Program-made: the position numbers and the translations under genes
DNA from: an uncultured Acidimicrobiales bacterium
GTDB lineage: Bacteria; Actinomycetota; Acidimicrobiia; Acidimicrobiales; SHLQ01
Assembly: GCA_964441145.1 (NCBI GenBank)
Contig: CAYTUB010000004.1
Span: 1-62,665, forward strand
Length of the DNA: 62,665 bases
Reading direction: 5' to 3'
Shown: in pieces, positions 54,989-62,665 of the stretch
Position numbering within the stretch: the first letter of the stretch is position 1
How the letters are laid out: each line of letters begins with the position of its first letter
Notes under the pieces: generated by a model
Database searches by the model: none
The model's input: only the letters and a program-made list of their open reading frames with translations
Told to the model about the DNA's origin: nothing

Positions 54989-57115
54989 ATGCAACGGACC
55001 CGTACTACCCGGAAGGCGCCCAGGTGGTTTGCCGTATTCTCCACCTTCTTGTTCCTCATTACTGCGGTTGCGGCCCCCGCTAGCGCTGCGGAGATCACCG
55101 ACGCGGTCACCGACGTGCGAGTAACCACCTCCGACGCCACGATCTTTGCCGATGTCGACTTTGAGGTCGACTGGACGGTTCCCAACGGTTCTTCCGGGGG
55201 CGACTTCTTCAGCTTGGACCTTCCAGAAGCTCTCGACGTTCCCGATTCGCTCACATTCGACCTTGCGGACCCAGCGGGCGCAGTCATTGCTGTGGCGACG
55301 GTGAGCAACAGCGTTATTACCTTCACGCTGACCGACGCGATCAACGGACAGAACAATATTTCTGGTACCGCCTTCATCAGCACAGGCTTGAACCGTGACG
55401 CCATCGAGGAAGGCACCGTCGAAGATCTCACCTTCGTAACGGCGTCTGGCACCTTCACGCAGATGATCGAAATCACGGTCTTTGTTCCGAACGAGAATGC
55501 GGGCAAGTTCCTGGTTATTCTCGATCAGCCAACAGCTGCGGGTAACGAAATCCTCACCGGCATCGACACCCGCCTGCTCACCGCTGACGATGTCGGCGCA
55601 ACGGTCACCATTGTCGACACCCCCGGACCTGGTGTTGCCCTGGACTGTTCCACCACTGTTGGCACGATTCGCGAGCTGGCGTCAGGCGACGTCATCGCGA
55701 CTCTTGATCCTGCGACCTACACCGAGACCTGCACCCCGGAAATGTCCACCGTGGTCTTTGAAGTCACACCAGAGATGGTCGACCAGCGGGTTCGCTTTGC
55801 CTTCCAGATGATGATCACCGACGCCAACGCCACGGAATTCACCAACGACGGAAGCATTGACATCGCCGGCGACGCCACCAACGTAAGCGCTTCTGATGCC
55901 TTCCTCGAGGCTGGCGGCGCAGCGAACGCCGACACCTTCGATCTCGCGTTGATCAAGCAGCTCGACGACGGCACCAACCTCGCAACCGTCGCCCCTGGCG
56001 ATTCGGCCACCTTCACCATCACCGTTGAGAACCAAGGCCAAGTCGACGCAGCAAACATCGCCGTCACCGACTTCACCCCAGACGGACTCACCCTTGACGA
56101 CAGCGCATGGACCGACAACGGCGACGGCACCGCCACACTCGCAACACCAATCGCTGCACTCGCCGCAGGCGACAGCACCACCGTCAACATCACCTTCACC
56201 GTCGACGCTGACGCAACCGGAACCATCGACAACTTCGCCGAAATCAGCGACGCCACCGACAGCGACGGCAACCCCGTCACCGACATCGACTCCACCCCCG
56301 ACGCCATCAACGACGACACCTTCATCACCGACGATGACACCACCGGAAATGGCCTCGAAGGCGGCGACGAAGACGACAGCGACCGAGCCCAACTCGTCAT
56401 CGACGTCCCTGTCGAAGAAGAGCCGGTAGAAGAGGAAGAGCCAGTCGAAGTAGTCGTTTCCGACTTTGATCTTGCGTTGATCAAGCAGCTCGACGATGGC
56501 ACCAACCTCGCAACCGTCGCCCCTGGCGATTCGGCCACCTTCACCATCACCGTTGAGAACCAAGGCCAAGTCGACGCAGCAAACATCGCCGTCACCGACT
56601 TCACCCCAGACGGACTCACCCTTGACGACAGCGCATGGACCGACAACGGCGACGGCACCGCCACACTCGCAACACCAATCGCTGCACTCGCCGCAGGCGA
56701 CAGCACCACCGTCAACATCACCTTCACCGTCGACGCTGACGCAACCGGAACCATCGACAACTTCGCCGAAATCAGCGACGCCACCGACAGCGACGGCAAC
56801 CCCGTCACCGACATCGACTCCACCCCCGACGCCATCAACGACGACACCTTCATCACCGACGATGACACCACCGGAAATGGCCTCGAAGGCGGCGACGAAG
56901 ACGACAGCGACCGAGCCCAACTCGTCATCGAGATCCCCGTCGAAGTTCAGGGCACGGTAGAGACTCCAGCCCCGGCTGCGGAGCTCGCGGTCACCGGCTT
57001 CACCGATGCAAGCACCTTGGCGCTTCGCACATCGTTCTACCTGCTGCTCGCCGGCTGGCTCATGCTTGTCTTCTCAGAGATCCACGAACGTCGCTTGGAG
57101 CGTGCCGACGCCTAG
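54989..57115 (+). CDS. LAxTG-anchored surface adhesin with Cna/MSCRAMM-like N-terminal region and duplicated DUF11-type repeat modules
   Basis: The ATG at 54989 is preceded by AGGAG. Signal peptide ...AAPASAAE. There are two identical 155-aa modules (FDLALIKQLDDG...DRAQLVI). The C-terminus has LAVTG, a hydrophobic helix and a basic tail. Confidence 0.85.
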   Translation: MQRTRTTRKAPRWFAVFSTFLFLITAVAAPASAAEITDAVTDVRVTTSDATIFADVDFEVDWTVPNGSSGGDFFSLDLPEALDVPDSLTFDLADPAGAVIAVATVSNSVITFTLTDAINGQNNISGTAFISTGLNRDAIEEGTVEDLTFVTASGTFTQMIEITVFVPNENAGKFLVILDQPTAAGNEILTGIDTRLLTADDVGATVTIVDTPGPGVALDCSTTVGTIRELASGDVIATLDPATYTETCTPEMSTVVFEVTPEMVDQRVRFAFQMMITDANATEFTNDGSIDIAGDATNVSASDAFLEAGGAANADTFDLALIKQLDDGTNLATVAPGDSATFTITVENQGQVDAANIAVTDFTPDGLTLDDSAWTDNGDGTATLATPIAALAAGDSTTVNITFTVDADATGTIDNFAEISDATDSDGNPVTDIDSTPDAINDDTFITDDDTTGNGLEGGDEDDSDRAQLVIDVPVEEEPVEEEEPVEVVVSDFDLALIKQLDDGTNLATVAPGDSATFTITVENQGQVDAANIAVTDFTPDGLTLDDSAWTDNGDGTATLATPIAALAAGDSTTVNITFTVDADATGTIDNFAEISDATDSDGNPVTDIDSTPDAINDDTFITDDDTTGNGLEGGDEDDSDRAQLVIEIPVEVQGTVETPAPAAELAVTGFTDASTLALRTSFYLLLAGWLMLVFSEIHERRLERADA
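55937..56931 (+). repeat. 528-nt-period tandem duplication inside the adhesin gene
   Basis: By my alignment, 55970-56403 and 56498-56931 are identical (434 nt). The preceding 33 nt differ only at three synonymous third positions. Confidence 0.9.
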
Positions 57116-58137
57116 CGCTCGTAGTGAGCTATTGCCTCTGGGCCGTGGCCCATGTCAGCAATGGCACGCGTCGCGTCCTCGATAGCTGACTCAAGTTCAC
57201 CGATAACCGCGTCTTTGTCGTTGGTGAAGGGCAAGGTATCGACCAGCGTCTGTAGCCGGGAGGCTGATCGCCACGCGGCCATCTTGGCCCACTCGGTGTA
57301 GAGCACCTCAGGGTCATCGACCGTCATCAGATCCTTGTTCCGGGCTTGCTCGACGAGCGAGGTATCCATCGACACGTATCCGTTGACCATCGAGATCCGT
57401 TCGCACTGGGAAAACACGGGCCCTGCCCGGTGTACAACCATGTCGCCGTGAAGCGCAATGGCGTACCCGGGTCCGGGGAAGTCGGGGGCCACGACACGAT
57501 CTTGGGGAGGGGTTTGTTGTGCGGCGGCCATCTCGGCTGCTTCGTGTTTTGTCCCGTGGAAGTATTCGAAACGCCCGCCATCCACCTCGGCGGGGTCGGT
57601 CACCATCATCACGTAGTCAAGGGGAAGCGTGTCGTGGTGCCACTTGTCGATCGCGTTATCAATCGAGTCGGGTTCGAAGTTCATGTGCCCGAGGTGGACC
57701 GGCATTGGATGTGGAGCGATCTCGATGCCATAGATGCTGGAGAGATGCGCGGTGACCTCGGGGCTGAGGCACAGGTCCCGCAACCACTTCGAACGGTAGC
57801 AACCGCCGCGCACGACGTTCTCGATGCGTTCGCCAGCGGCGCAGGCGAACTGTCGCAGCTCTCGGGCCACCGAAAGCAAAACCTCTGCACCCTCATCGCT
57901 CAGCACCCGAAAGGCATTCGAGGCCGCCACAGGAGTCACCTTCTGGGCGATTTCCTCCGCGTCATAGCCCAAGTCTGCGAGCGTGAGGACCTCGGTAGGA
58001 GTCTCCAGCTGCAAGTGACGGTCCGGGTCAAAGGTGGGTTCATTGGCCAACCAGGCATACCCCGGCGGCTGGACAGACGGAAACGGAACTGCAATTGCCA
58101 TCCCGCAGCTTGGCTCGCTAGGAGCCTCTATGCCCAC
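57112..58137 (-). CDS. Possible Fe(II)/2-oxoglutarate-dependent oxygenase-like protein
   Basis: KWHHDTLPLDYVMMV (HxD) and a later ALHGDMVVHRAG (distal His/Arg). This is a weak call. The start is 58137 or 58101. Confidence 0.45.
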   Translation of the reverse strand: MGIEAPSEPSCGMAIAVPFPSVQPPGYAWLANEPTFDPDRHLQLETPTEVLTLADLGYDAEEIAQKVTPVAASNAFRVLSDEGAEVLLSVARELRQFACAAGERIENVVRGGCYRSKWLRDLCLSPEVTAHLSSIYGIEIAPHPMPVHLGHMNFEPDSIDNAIDKWHHDTLPLDYVMMVTDPAEVDGGRFEYFHGTKHEAAEMAAAQQTPPQDRVVAPDFPGPGYAIALHGDMVVHRAGPVFSQCERISMVNGYVSMDTSLVEQARNKDLMTVDDPEVLYTEWAKMAAWRSASRLQTLVDTLPFTNDKDAVIGELESAIEDATRAIADMGHGPEAIAHYER

Positions 58138-58197
58138 GCGGCCCGTTGCGGGTGTGTGTGGAGGGGTAGAGCGTGCCGCAGGGAGCGACGTGACCGC

Positions 58198-59052
58198 TCA
58201 GGACAGCAGAGAGGCTGCTACGACGGCTGCGCCGAAGAGACCGGCGTCTTCCCCGAGGCCGGCGGTAACGATCTTTGGGGGTCCGTCGACGATATATCCA
58301 CCCAAGTCAATATCGGCAGCCTTGCGGATGCGGTCGTCCAAATGCGGTTGCGTCCCAACTCCGCCACCAAAGAGCACGATGTCTGGCGCAAAGGTGTAGG
58401 AGTAGACCCGAATCAACTGGGCGAGGTAGTAGGCCTCTAAGTCCCAAACGTCGTCACGGTCAGACAAGGTCTTTGGATCCGCATCCCAACGCTCCGCAAT
58501 GGCGGGGCCACAGGCCATTCCTTCAAGACAGTCACCGTGGAACGGACAACGGCCCGGGTAGTCGTCGTCGGGGTGGCGACGGACGGGAACGTGACCCATC
58601 TCCGTGTGCGCCCGCCCGCGATAGGGAACGCCATCGACCGCAAGCGCCGCGCCGATACCGGTACCAACTGTGACGTAGCCAACTCGTGAGAAGCCTCGGC
58701 CTTCACCGTGACGCCACTCGGCTACTGCAGCTGCTTCCACATCGGTTTGGATATCAGCGGGAACACCCAACGACTCGGCAAGCCGGCTGAGCAACGGAGC
58801 ACCCGTCCAGCTGGGCTTGGGAGTCGTTGCAATCGAGCCGAATTTGGGAGATGACTTGTCGACCACGAGAGGACCAAAGGACGCGATCCCAAGGGCAGTG
58901 ATCCCGCTATATTTTGCAAAGAAAGCTTCCACGGCGCCGAGCGTCTCATCAGGCGTCGTAGTGGGAATCCACTCCTGATCTTCGATGGTCATCTCGTCGC
59001 TAAAGATCGCGGCTCGAAATTTCGTGCCACCAGCCTCTACTGCTGCAAGCAT
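58198..59052 (-). CDS. ROK-family sugar kinase (fructokinase-like)
   Basis: MLAAVEAGGTKF, GTGIGAALAVDG, and the zinc motif CPFHGDCLEGMACGPA. Confidence 0.85.
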   Translation of the reverse strand: MLAAVEAGGTKFRAAIFSDEMTIEDQEWIPTTTPDETLGAVEAFFAKYSGITALGIASFGPLVVDKSSPKFGSIATTPKPSWTGAPLLSRLAESLGVPADIQTDVEAAAVAEWRHGEGRGFSRVGYVTVGTGIGAALAVDGVPYRGRAHTEMGHVPVRRHPDDDYPGRCPFHGDCLEGMACGPAIAERWDADPKTLSDRDDVWDLEAYYLAQLIRVYSYTFAPDIVLFGGGVGTQPHLDDRIRKAADIDLGGYIVDGPPKIVTAGLGEDAGLFGAAVVAASLLS

Positions 59053-59061
59053 GGAGAACCG

Positions 59062-60165
59062 CTACTCGTCGTCGGCTTGACCGAGACGAACTCCCGACTC
59101 AGCATCGAAGATATGAAGCGGGCCGCTGACCCCAACAGGGATCGAATCGCCGCGTGAGATGGCCGTTTCGCCAGGCACACGGACAACGACGGTCTTCTCT
59201 TCACCTTGATGCGGAAGGATCGTATGGATGAACGCTTCGGAACCGAGGTCCTCGATCACGTTGGCCTTACCAATGGTTCCGCCCTCGGCGGTGGTGAGGT
59301 GCTCGGGACGTGCACCGATCACGAACTTCTTCGAGTTCGAGGCACGCAAGTCAGCCTTGACCGATTCGGTAATCGGCACGGCGCTGTCTCCAAGGTGGAG
59401 CTCGTCGCCCGAACGTTCGGTTTCGACGAGGTTCATAGCCGGAGAACCAATGAAACCCGCAACAAAGAGGTTGTCAGGATGGCTATACAGGCGGCCTGGG
59501 GTGTCGACCTGCTTGAGTTCACCATGATCGAGAACGGCCACGCGATGGCCCATGGTCATAGCTTCGACCTGATCGTGGGTCACGTACACGGTGGTAACAC
59601 CAAGACGAGCCTGGAGATCGACGAGCTCGGTACGGGTTTGTACACGCAGCTTGGCGTCGAGGTTCGACAATGGCTCGTCCATAAGGAATACCTTGGGCTC
59701 ACGAACAATCGCACGGCCCATGGCGACACGCTGTCGCTGACCACCCGAGAGCGCCTTTGGCTTACGATCGAGGTACGGCGAGAGGTCGAGGATGCGAGCG
59801 GCTTCTTCAACACGCTGACGACGCTCGTCCTTGGGGACCTTCTGCTGCTTGAGAGCAAAACCCATGTTCTCACCCACGGTCATCTGTGGATAGAGCGCAT
59901 AGTTCTGGAAGACCATGGCGATGTCACGATCCTGCGGGCGCACGAGCGACACATCACGGTTATCGATCGTGATACGTCCTTCGTTCACCGATTCAAGACC
60001 AGCGAGCATGCGCAACGCAGTCGACTTACCAGAGCCCGATGGACCGACGAGCACCAACAGTTCGGCGTCGTTGATTTCAAGGTTCAGCTTGTCGACAGCC
60101 CGTACCTCAAGGTTCGAACCGAACCCGTAAATACGGCTTGCATTTTCATAGGTGACCTCAGCCAC
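59062..60165 (-). CDS. Sugar ABC transporter ATP-binding protein (MalK/UgpC/MsiK type)
   Basis: GPSGSGKST, LSGGQRQRVAMGRA, FLMDEPLSNLD, and a C-terminal TOBE-like domain. Confidence 0.95.
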   Translation of the reverse strand: MAEVTYENASRIYGFGSNLEVRAVDKLNLEINDAELLVLVGPSGSGKSTALRMLAGLESVNEGRITIDNRDVSLVRPQDRDIAMVFQNYALYPQMTVGENMGFALKQQKVPKDERRQRVEEAARILDLSPYLDRKPKALSGGQRQRVAMGRAIVREPKVFLMDEPLSNLDAKLRVQTRTELVDLQARLGVTTVYVTHDQVEAMTMGHRVAVLDHGELKQVDTPGRLYSHPDNLFVAGFIGSPAMNLVETERSGDELHLGDSAVPITESVKADLRASNSKKFVIGARPEHLTTAEGGTIGKANVIEDLGSEAFIHTILPHQGEEKTVVVRVPGETAISRGDSIPVGVSGPLHIFDAESGVRLGQADDE

Positions 60166-60205
60166 GACTTCCTCCGTCCACGCAGTGGTGGTGATTTATG
60201 AAACG

Positions 60206-61102
60206 TTACTTGATAGCGCCGAGCGACAGGCCACGAACCAGTCGCTTTTGTGCGATCCAACCGGCGGCGATAACCGGGATGGAAGCCATTGTCGCACCAG
60301 CCGACAGCTTTGCGAAGAATTGCCCACGTCCGTCGACGATAGCGGTTACCCAGATAGGAACCGTTGCCGTACTAGCCGAAGTGAGGTTGAGAGCCAGGAA
60401 GAATTCGTTCCAGGCAAAGATGAAGCTGAGAAGCGCCGTTGCCGCAATACCTGGCGACACGATCGGCAAGATGACCGAGCGAAGCTGGGCAAAGATGGAC
60501 GCTCCATCGATTTGTGCGGCCTCGATGAGTTCCTTTGGAACCTCATCGAAGAACGAGCGCATCATCCAGACACCAAGAGGCAGGTTGAACGCCGTGTAGA
60601 CGATCGTCAGCCCCAGTCGGGTACCGAGGAGCTGATCCGCATCAAGGAACGGCAATCCAAGCGTTGGATACGGGATTGCTCGTGCGAAGAAGAACAACGG
60701 CACGATCGCGGCAGCGATAGGCAGGAACTTCGTCGAGATGAAGAAGAACAACACATCTCGCCACTTCGGTACAGGCCGAATGGTGAGGGCGTATGCCGCA
60801 GGGATACCCATGATCAGTACGAGGATGGTCGAGGTAAGCACGACACTGATTGAGTTCGTGAATGCCTCGACGGCGCTCAGGTTGCCACCAAAGTCGGCGC
60901 TGACCTCTCGGTAGCGGTCCAACGATGGTGAGAAGAAGAAGACCGGATCGAGACTCTGTGCGTCTTCCTCGGTCTTAAACGAGGTGTGAACCATCCAAAA
61001 GATGGGGAAGAAGAAGATGATGGCTGCACTCCAGCCGACAACTCCTGCGCCGACCGAACTCCAACGGCTCTTAAAGCCAACGATGTCATCGTTTGCACTC
61101 AT
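60206..61102 (-). CDS. Carbohydrate ABC transporter permease
   Basis: EAA-loop-type EAAQIDGASIFAQLRSVILP and six TM helices. Confidence 0.9.
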   Translation of the reverse strand: MSANDDIVGFKSRWSSVGAGVVGWSAAIIFFFPIFWMVHTSFKTEEDAQSLDPVFFFSPSLDRYREVSADFGGNLSAVEAFTNSISVVLTSTILVLIMGIPAAYALTIRPVPKWRDVLFFFISTKFLPIAAAIVPLFFFARAIPYPTLGLPFLDADQLLGTRLGLTIVYTAFNLPLGVWMMRSFFDEVPKELIEAAQIDGASIFAQLRSVILPIVSPGIAATALLSFIFAWNEFFLALNLTSASTATVPIWVTAIVDGRGQFFAKLSAGATMASIPVIAAGWIAQKRLVRGLSLGAIK

Positions 61103-62049
61103 ACGACGTCCTCTCCATCAAGTAGACCCGAAAGCACTCGGAGCGAGAATGTCGCCAGGATGATCGAGAAGACCACGACCACCACACCAAATGCTGAAGC
61201 TTCACCGAACTCAAATGCACCACCGATAGCTCGTTGGTGGACAAAGAACGGCACGTTCTGGGCGCCGAGTGCGCCACCGACGAGCTGATCCACAGCGTCA
61301 AAGGTCTGGATCAAGAAGATTGAGCTCAACAAGGCGCCGAGTTCGAGATAGGGGCGCAGATGCGGGAGCGTGATTTGAAAGAAGATTGCCGAGTTGCTGG
61401 CGCCGTCGACTCGAGCGGCTTCGAGGACCGACGGCGACTGGCTCTGAAGCCCGGCGAGCAGGATCAACATAAGGAACGGCGTCCACTGCCAGATCGAGAA
61501 GACCAGCACGGTGAACAGCGGTGACCCTGCGGTTTCGAAGGCTTCGAACCCGAGGCTTGTCAAGATGAAGTTCACGAATCCGAATCGGACATCGAGAATA
61601 CTGTTACGCCAGATCAGCGATGCCGCCACCGGCATGGTGAGGAATGGCGTGATCAGAAGCGTACGGACGAGCGAGCGTCCAATGAACTTCTTATCGAGGG
61701 CGACGGCAAGGCCGGTCGCAAGGATCGTCGAGAACAATGCGGTTCCGAAGGTGATCCAGAACGTATTGACCACAGCGTCACGGAAACGGCTGTTGGTAAA
61801 GATCGGCCCGTAGTTATCGAGGCCGACGAATTCGATCGGGTTCGGCGTAAGGAAAGCCCAATCGTTTAGAGAGATCCACAGTGCAATAACAAACGGGACC
61901 TGGGTGACGATGATCGTGAAGATCAGCGCTGGGAGAAGTGGTAGTCGCCGTAACCAGCGTTCTCGACGTTCCGCCTTTTTGACGTCATCAGGATCTACTC
62001 CTACGACCTCAACTCGCGTGTCTAGATTCGGTATTTCAGCGGTTGTCAC
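61099..62049 (-). CDS. Carbohydrate ABC transporter permease
   Basis: EAARVDGASNSAIFFQITLPHLRP and six TM helices. It overlaps the downstream permease start. Confidence 0.9.
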   Translation of the reverse strand: MTTAEIPNLDTRVEVVGVDPDDVKKAERRERWLRRLPLLPALIFTIIVTQVPFVIALWISLNDWAFLTPNPIEFVGLDNYGPIFTNSRFRDAVVNTFWITFGTALFSTILATGLAVALDKKFIGRSLVRTLLITPFLTMPVAASLIWRNSILDVRFGFVNFILTSLGFEAFETAGSPLFTVLVFSIWQWTPFLMLILLAGLQSQSPSVLEAARVDGASNSAIFFQITLPHLRPYLELGALLSSIFLIQTFDAVDQLVGGALGAQNVPFFVHQRAIGGAFEFGEASAFGVVVVVFSIILATFSLRVLSGLLDGEDVV

Positions 62050-62115
62050 AGCGCCCTTTGTCTCCCTAGCTCGACCTCCAGGGGCCGAACTCTTCCGTCA
62101 GTTTAAGCAGGAAGC

Positions 62116-62142
62116 GGCCCCCGCACACGCTGTGCGGGGGCC
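62116..62142 (-). promoter_or_regulatory. Intercistronic stem-loop after the binding-protein gene
   Basis: GGCCCCCGCACA-CGC-TGTGCGGGGGCC, a perfect 12-bp stem between the SBP stop (62196) and the permease start (62049). Confidence 0.6.
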
Positions 62143-62195
62143 GAATCCCAATACTAATTACATCCAGTTGATGCCGTTGACATCAACCAAACAAA

Positions 62196-62665
62196 TTACT
62201 GGCTTACCTCAGAGGCAATTGCCTGGCAAGCATCAAGCGCTGCATCCACCGACTGCGATCCTGCGATTGCAGCTGAGATTTCCTGGGTGCATCGGGTACC
62301 GATGTCCTGGAATTCTGGGATACCTACGTACTGGACGCCAGGAAGACCTGGGCGAGGCGTGGTTCCAGGGTTCTCTGGGTTAGCACCATTGATCTGGTCA
62401 AGCACGGTTGCTGCAAAGGTTTCGGTCTCTGCAAGGTACTCAGGGTTCTCGTAGGTTGAGGTACGTGATCCGGGAGGGGCAGCTGCCCATCCGCCGTCAC
62501 CGTTCTCGCCTGAGACACGGATGAAGTCTTCAGAGGTTGCCCAGCTGATGAATTCCCATGCTGCTTCGGCGTTAGGAGCGTTCTCTGGGATCGCGAACGA
62601 CCAGGTCCAGAGCCAGCCACCGGTTACGCCAGCAGGACCAACAGGTGCAAGTGCTACACCGAGGT
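62196..62665 (-). CDS. ABC transporter extracellular sugar-binding protein (5' end outside the window)
   Basis: The frame stays open to the window edge: ...GGWLWTWSFAIPENAPNAEAAWEFISWATSEDF..., typical of family 1 solute-binding proteins. The ORF track shows only the last 69 codons. Confidence 0.8.
   Translation of the reverse strand, partial: LGVALAPVGPAGVTGGWLWTWSFAIPENAPNAEAAWEFISWATSEDFIRVSGENGDGGWAAAPPGSRTSTYENPEYLAETETFAATVLDQINGANPENPGTTPRPGLPGVQYVGIPEFQDIGTRCTQEISAAIAGSQSVDAALDACQAIASEVSQ

Noticed and set aside
55682-56928. Two minus-strand ORFs of more than 400 aa opposite the adhesin gene, and plus-strand alternative-frame ORFs (56025-56429, 56496-56960).
   Set aside because: They are generated by the low-complexity, repeat-rich adhesin sequence. 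The translations are V/G/D or S/P/T homopolymer-like. The adhesin frame has a signal peptide, DUF11-type modules and an LAxTG anchor.
55937-56931. Whether the tandem repeats could be a CRISPR array or a mobile-element terminal repeat.
   Set aside because: There are only two long (528-nt period) in-frame units inside a coding sequence. There is no short repeat-spacer periodicity, no cas genes and no transposase.
57346-58440. 364-aa plus-strand ORF across the oxygenase-like and ROK kinase genes.
   Set aside because: It is antisense to the clearly recognisable ROK kinase. Its product is R/G/H-rich with no motifs.

Overview
This is a high-G+C, gene-dense chromosomal segment, about 90% coding, with many ATGA/GTGA start-stop overlaps. 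It is almost certainly from an actinobacterium. Lineage markers are NucS, WhiB, Ku plus a stand-alone LigD polymerase domain, imuA'-imuB behind a TCGAAC-N4-GTTCG SOS box, CofC/FbiD (F420), a PIG-L/LmbE deacetylase, a DinB/TIGR03086 protein and an LAxTG (class E sortase type) surface protein. I cannot assign it below phylum from sequence alone.

Most of the content is housekeeping: pepA, ung, thrB, rnhB, ilvBNC, a thiolase, a UbiB kinase, a TrmH methylase, a geranylgeranyl reductase and a sugar ABC operon with a ROK kinase. I found no rRNA, tRNA, CRISPR array, transposase or integrase.

The most interesting items are:
1. A small low-G+C two-gene island (10095-10924). It encodes a HEPN-like protein translationally coupled to a partner with no recognisable family. 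It is the best candidate here for an undescribed toxin-antitoxin or defence-type module.
2. A complete-looking transcription attenuator upstream of ilvB: promoter, a probably leaderless 12-codon Val/Ile-rich leader ORF, a hairpin, then a terminator.
3. A perfect 434-nt tandem duplication inside an LAxTG adhesin gene.
4. An SOS box shared between imuA'-imuB and a divergent pair (WXG-like protein plus coiled-coil lytic transglycosylase).
5. An NHEJ gene chain translationally coupled to a membrane zincin-like protein.
6. Several orphan or unusually built proteins: an 812-aa YjgR/HerA-like NTPase, a double FtsX-ECD-like lipoprotein, and a 585-aa unknown protein coupled to rnhB.

All coordinates and motif calls were made by eye from the sequence and the supplied ORF track. 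No database search was run.
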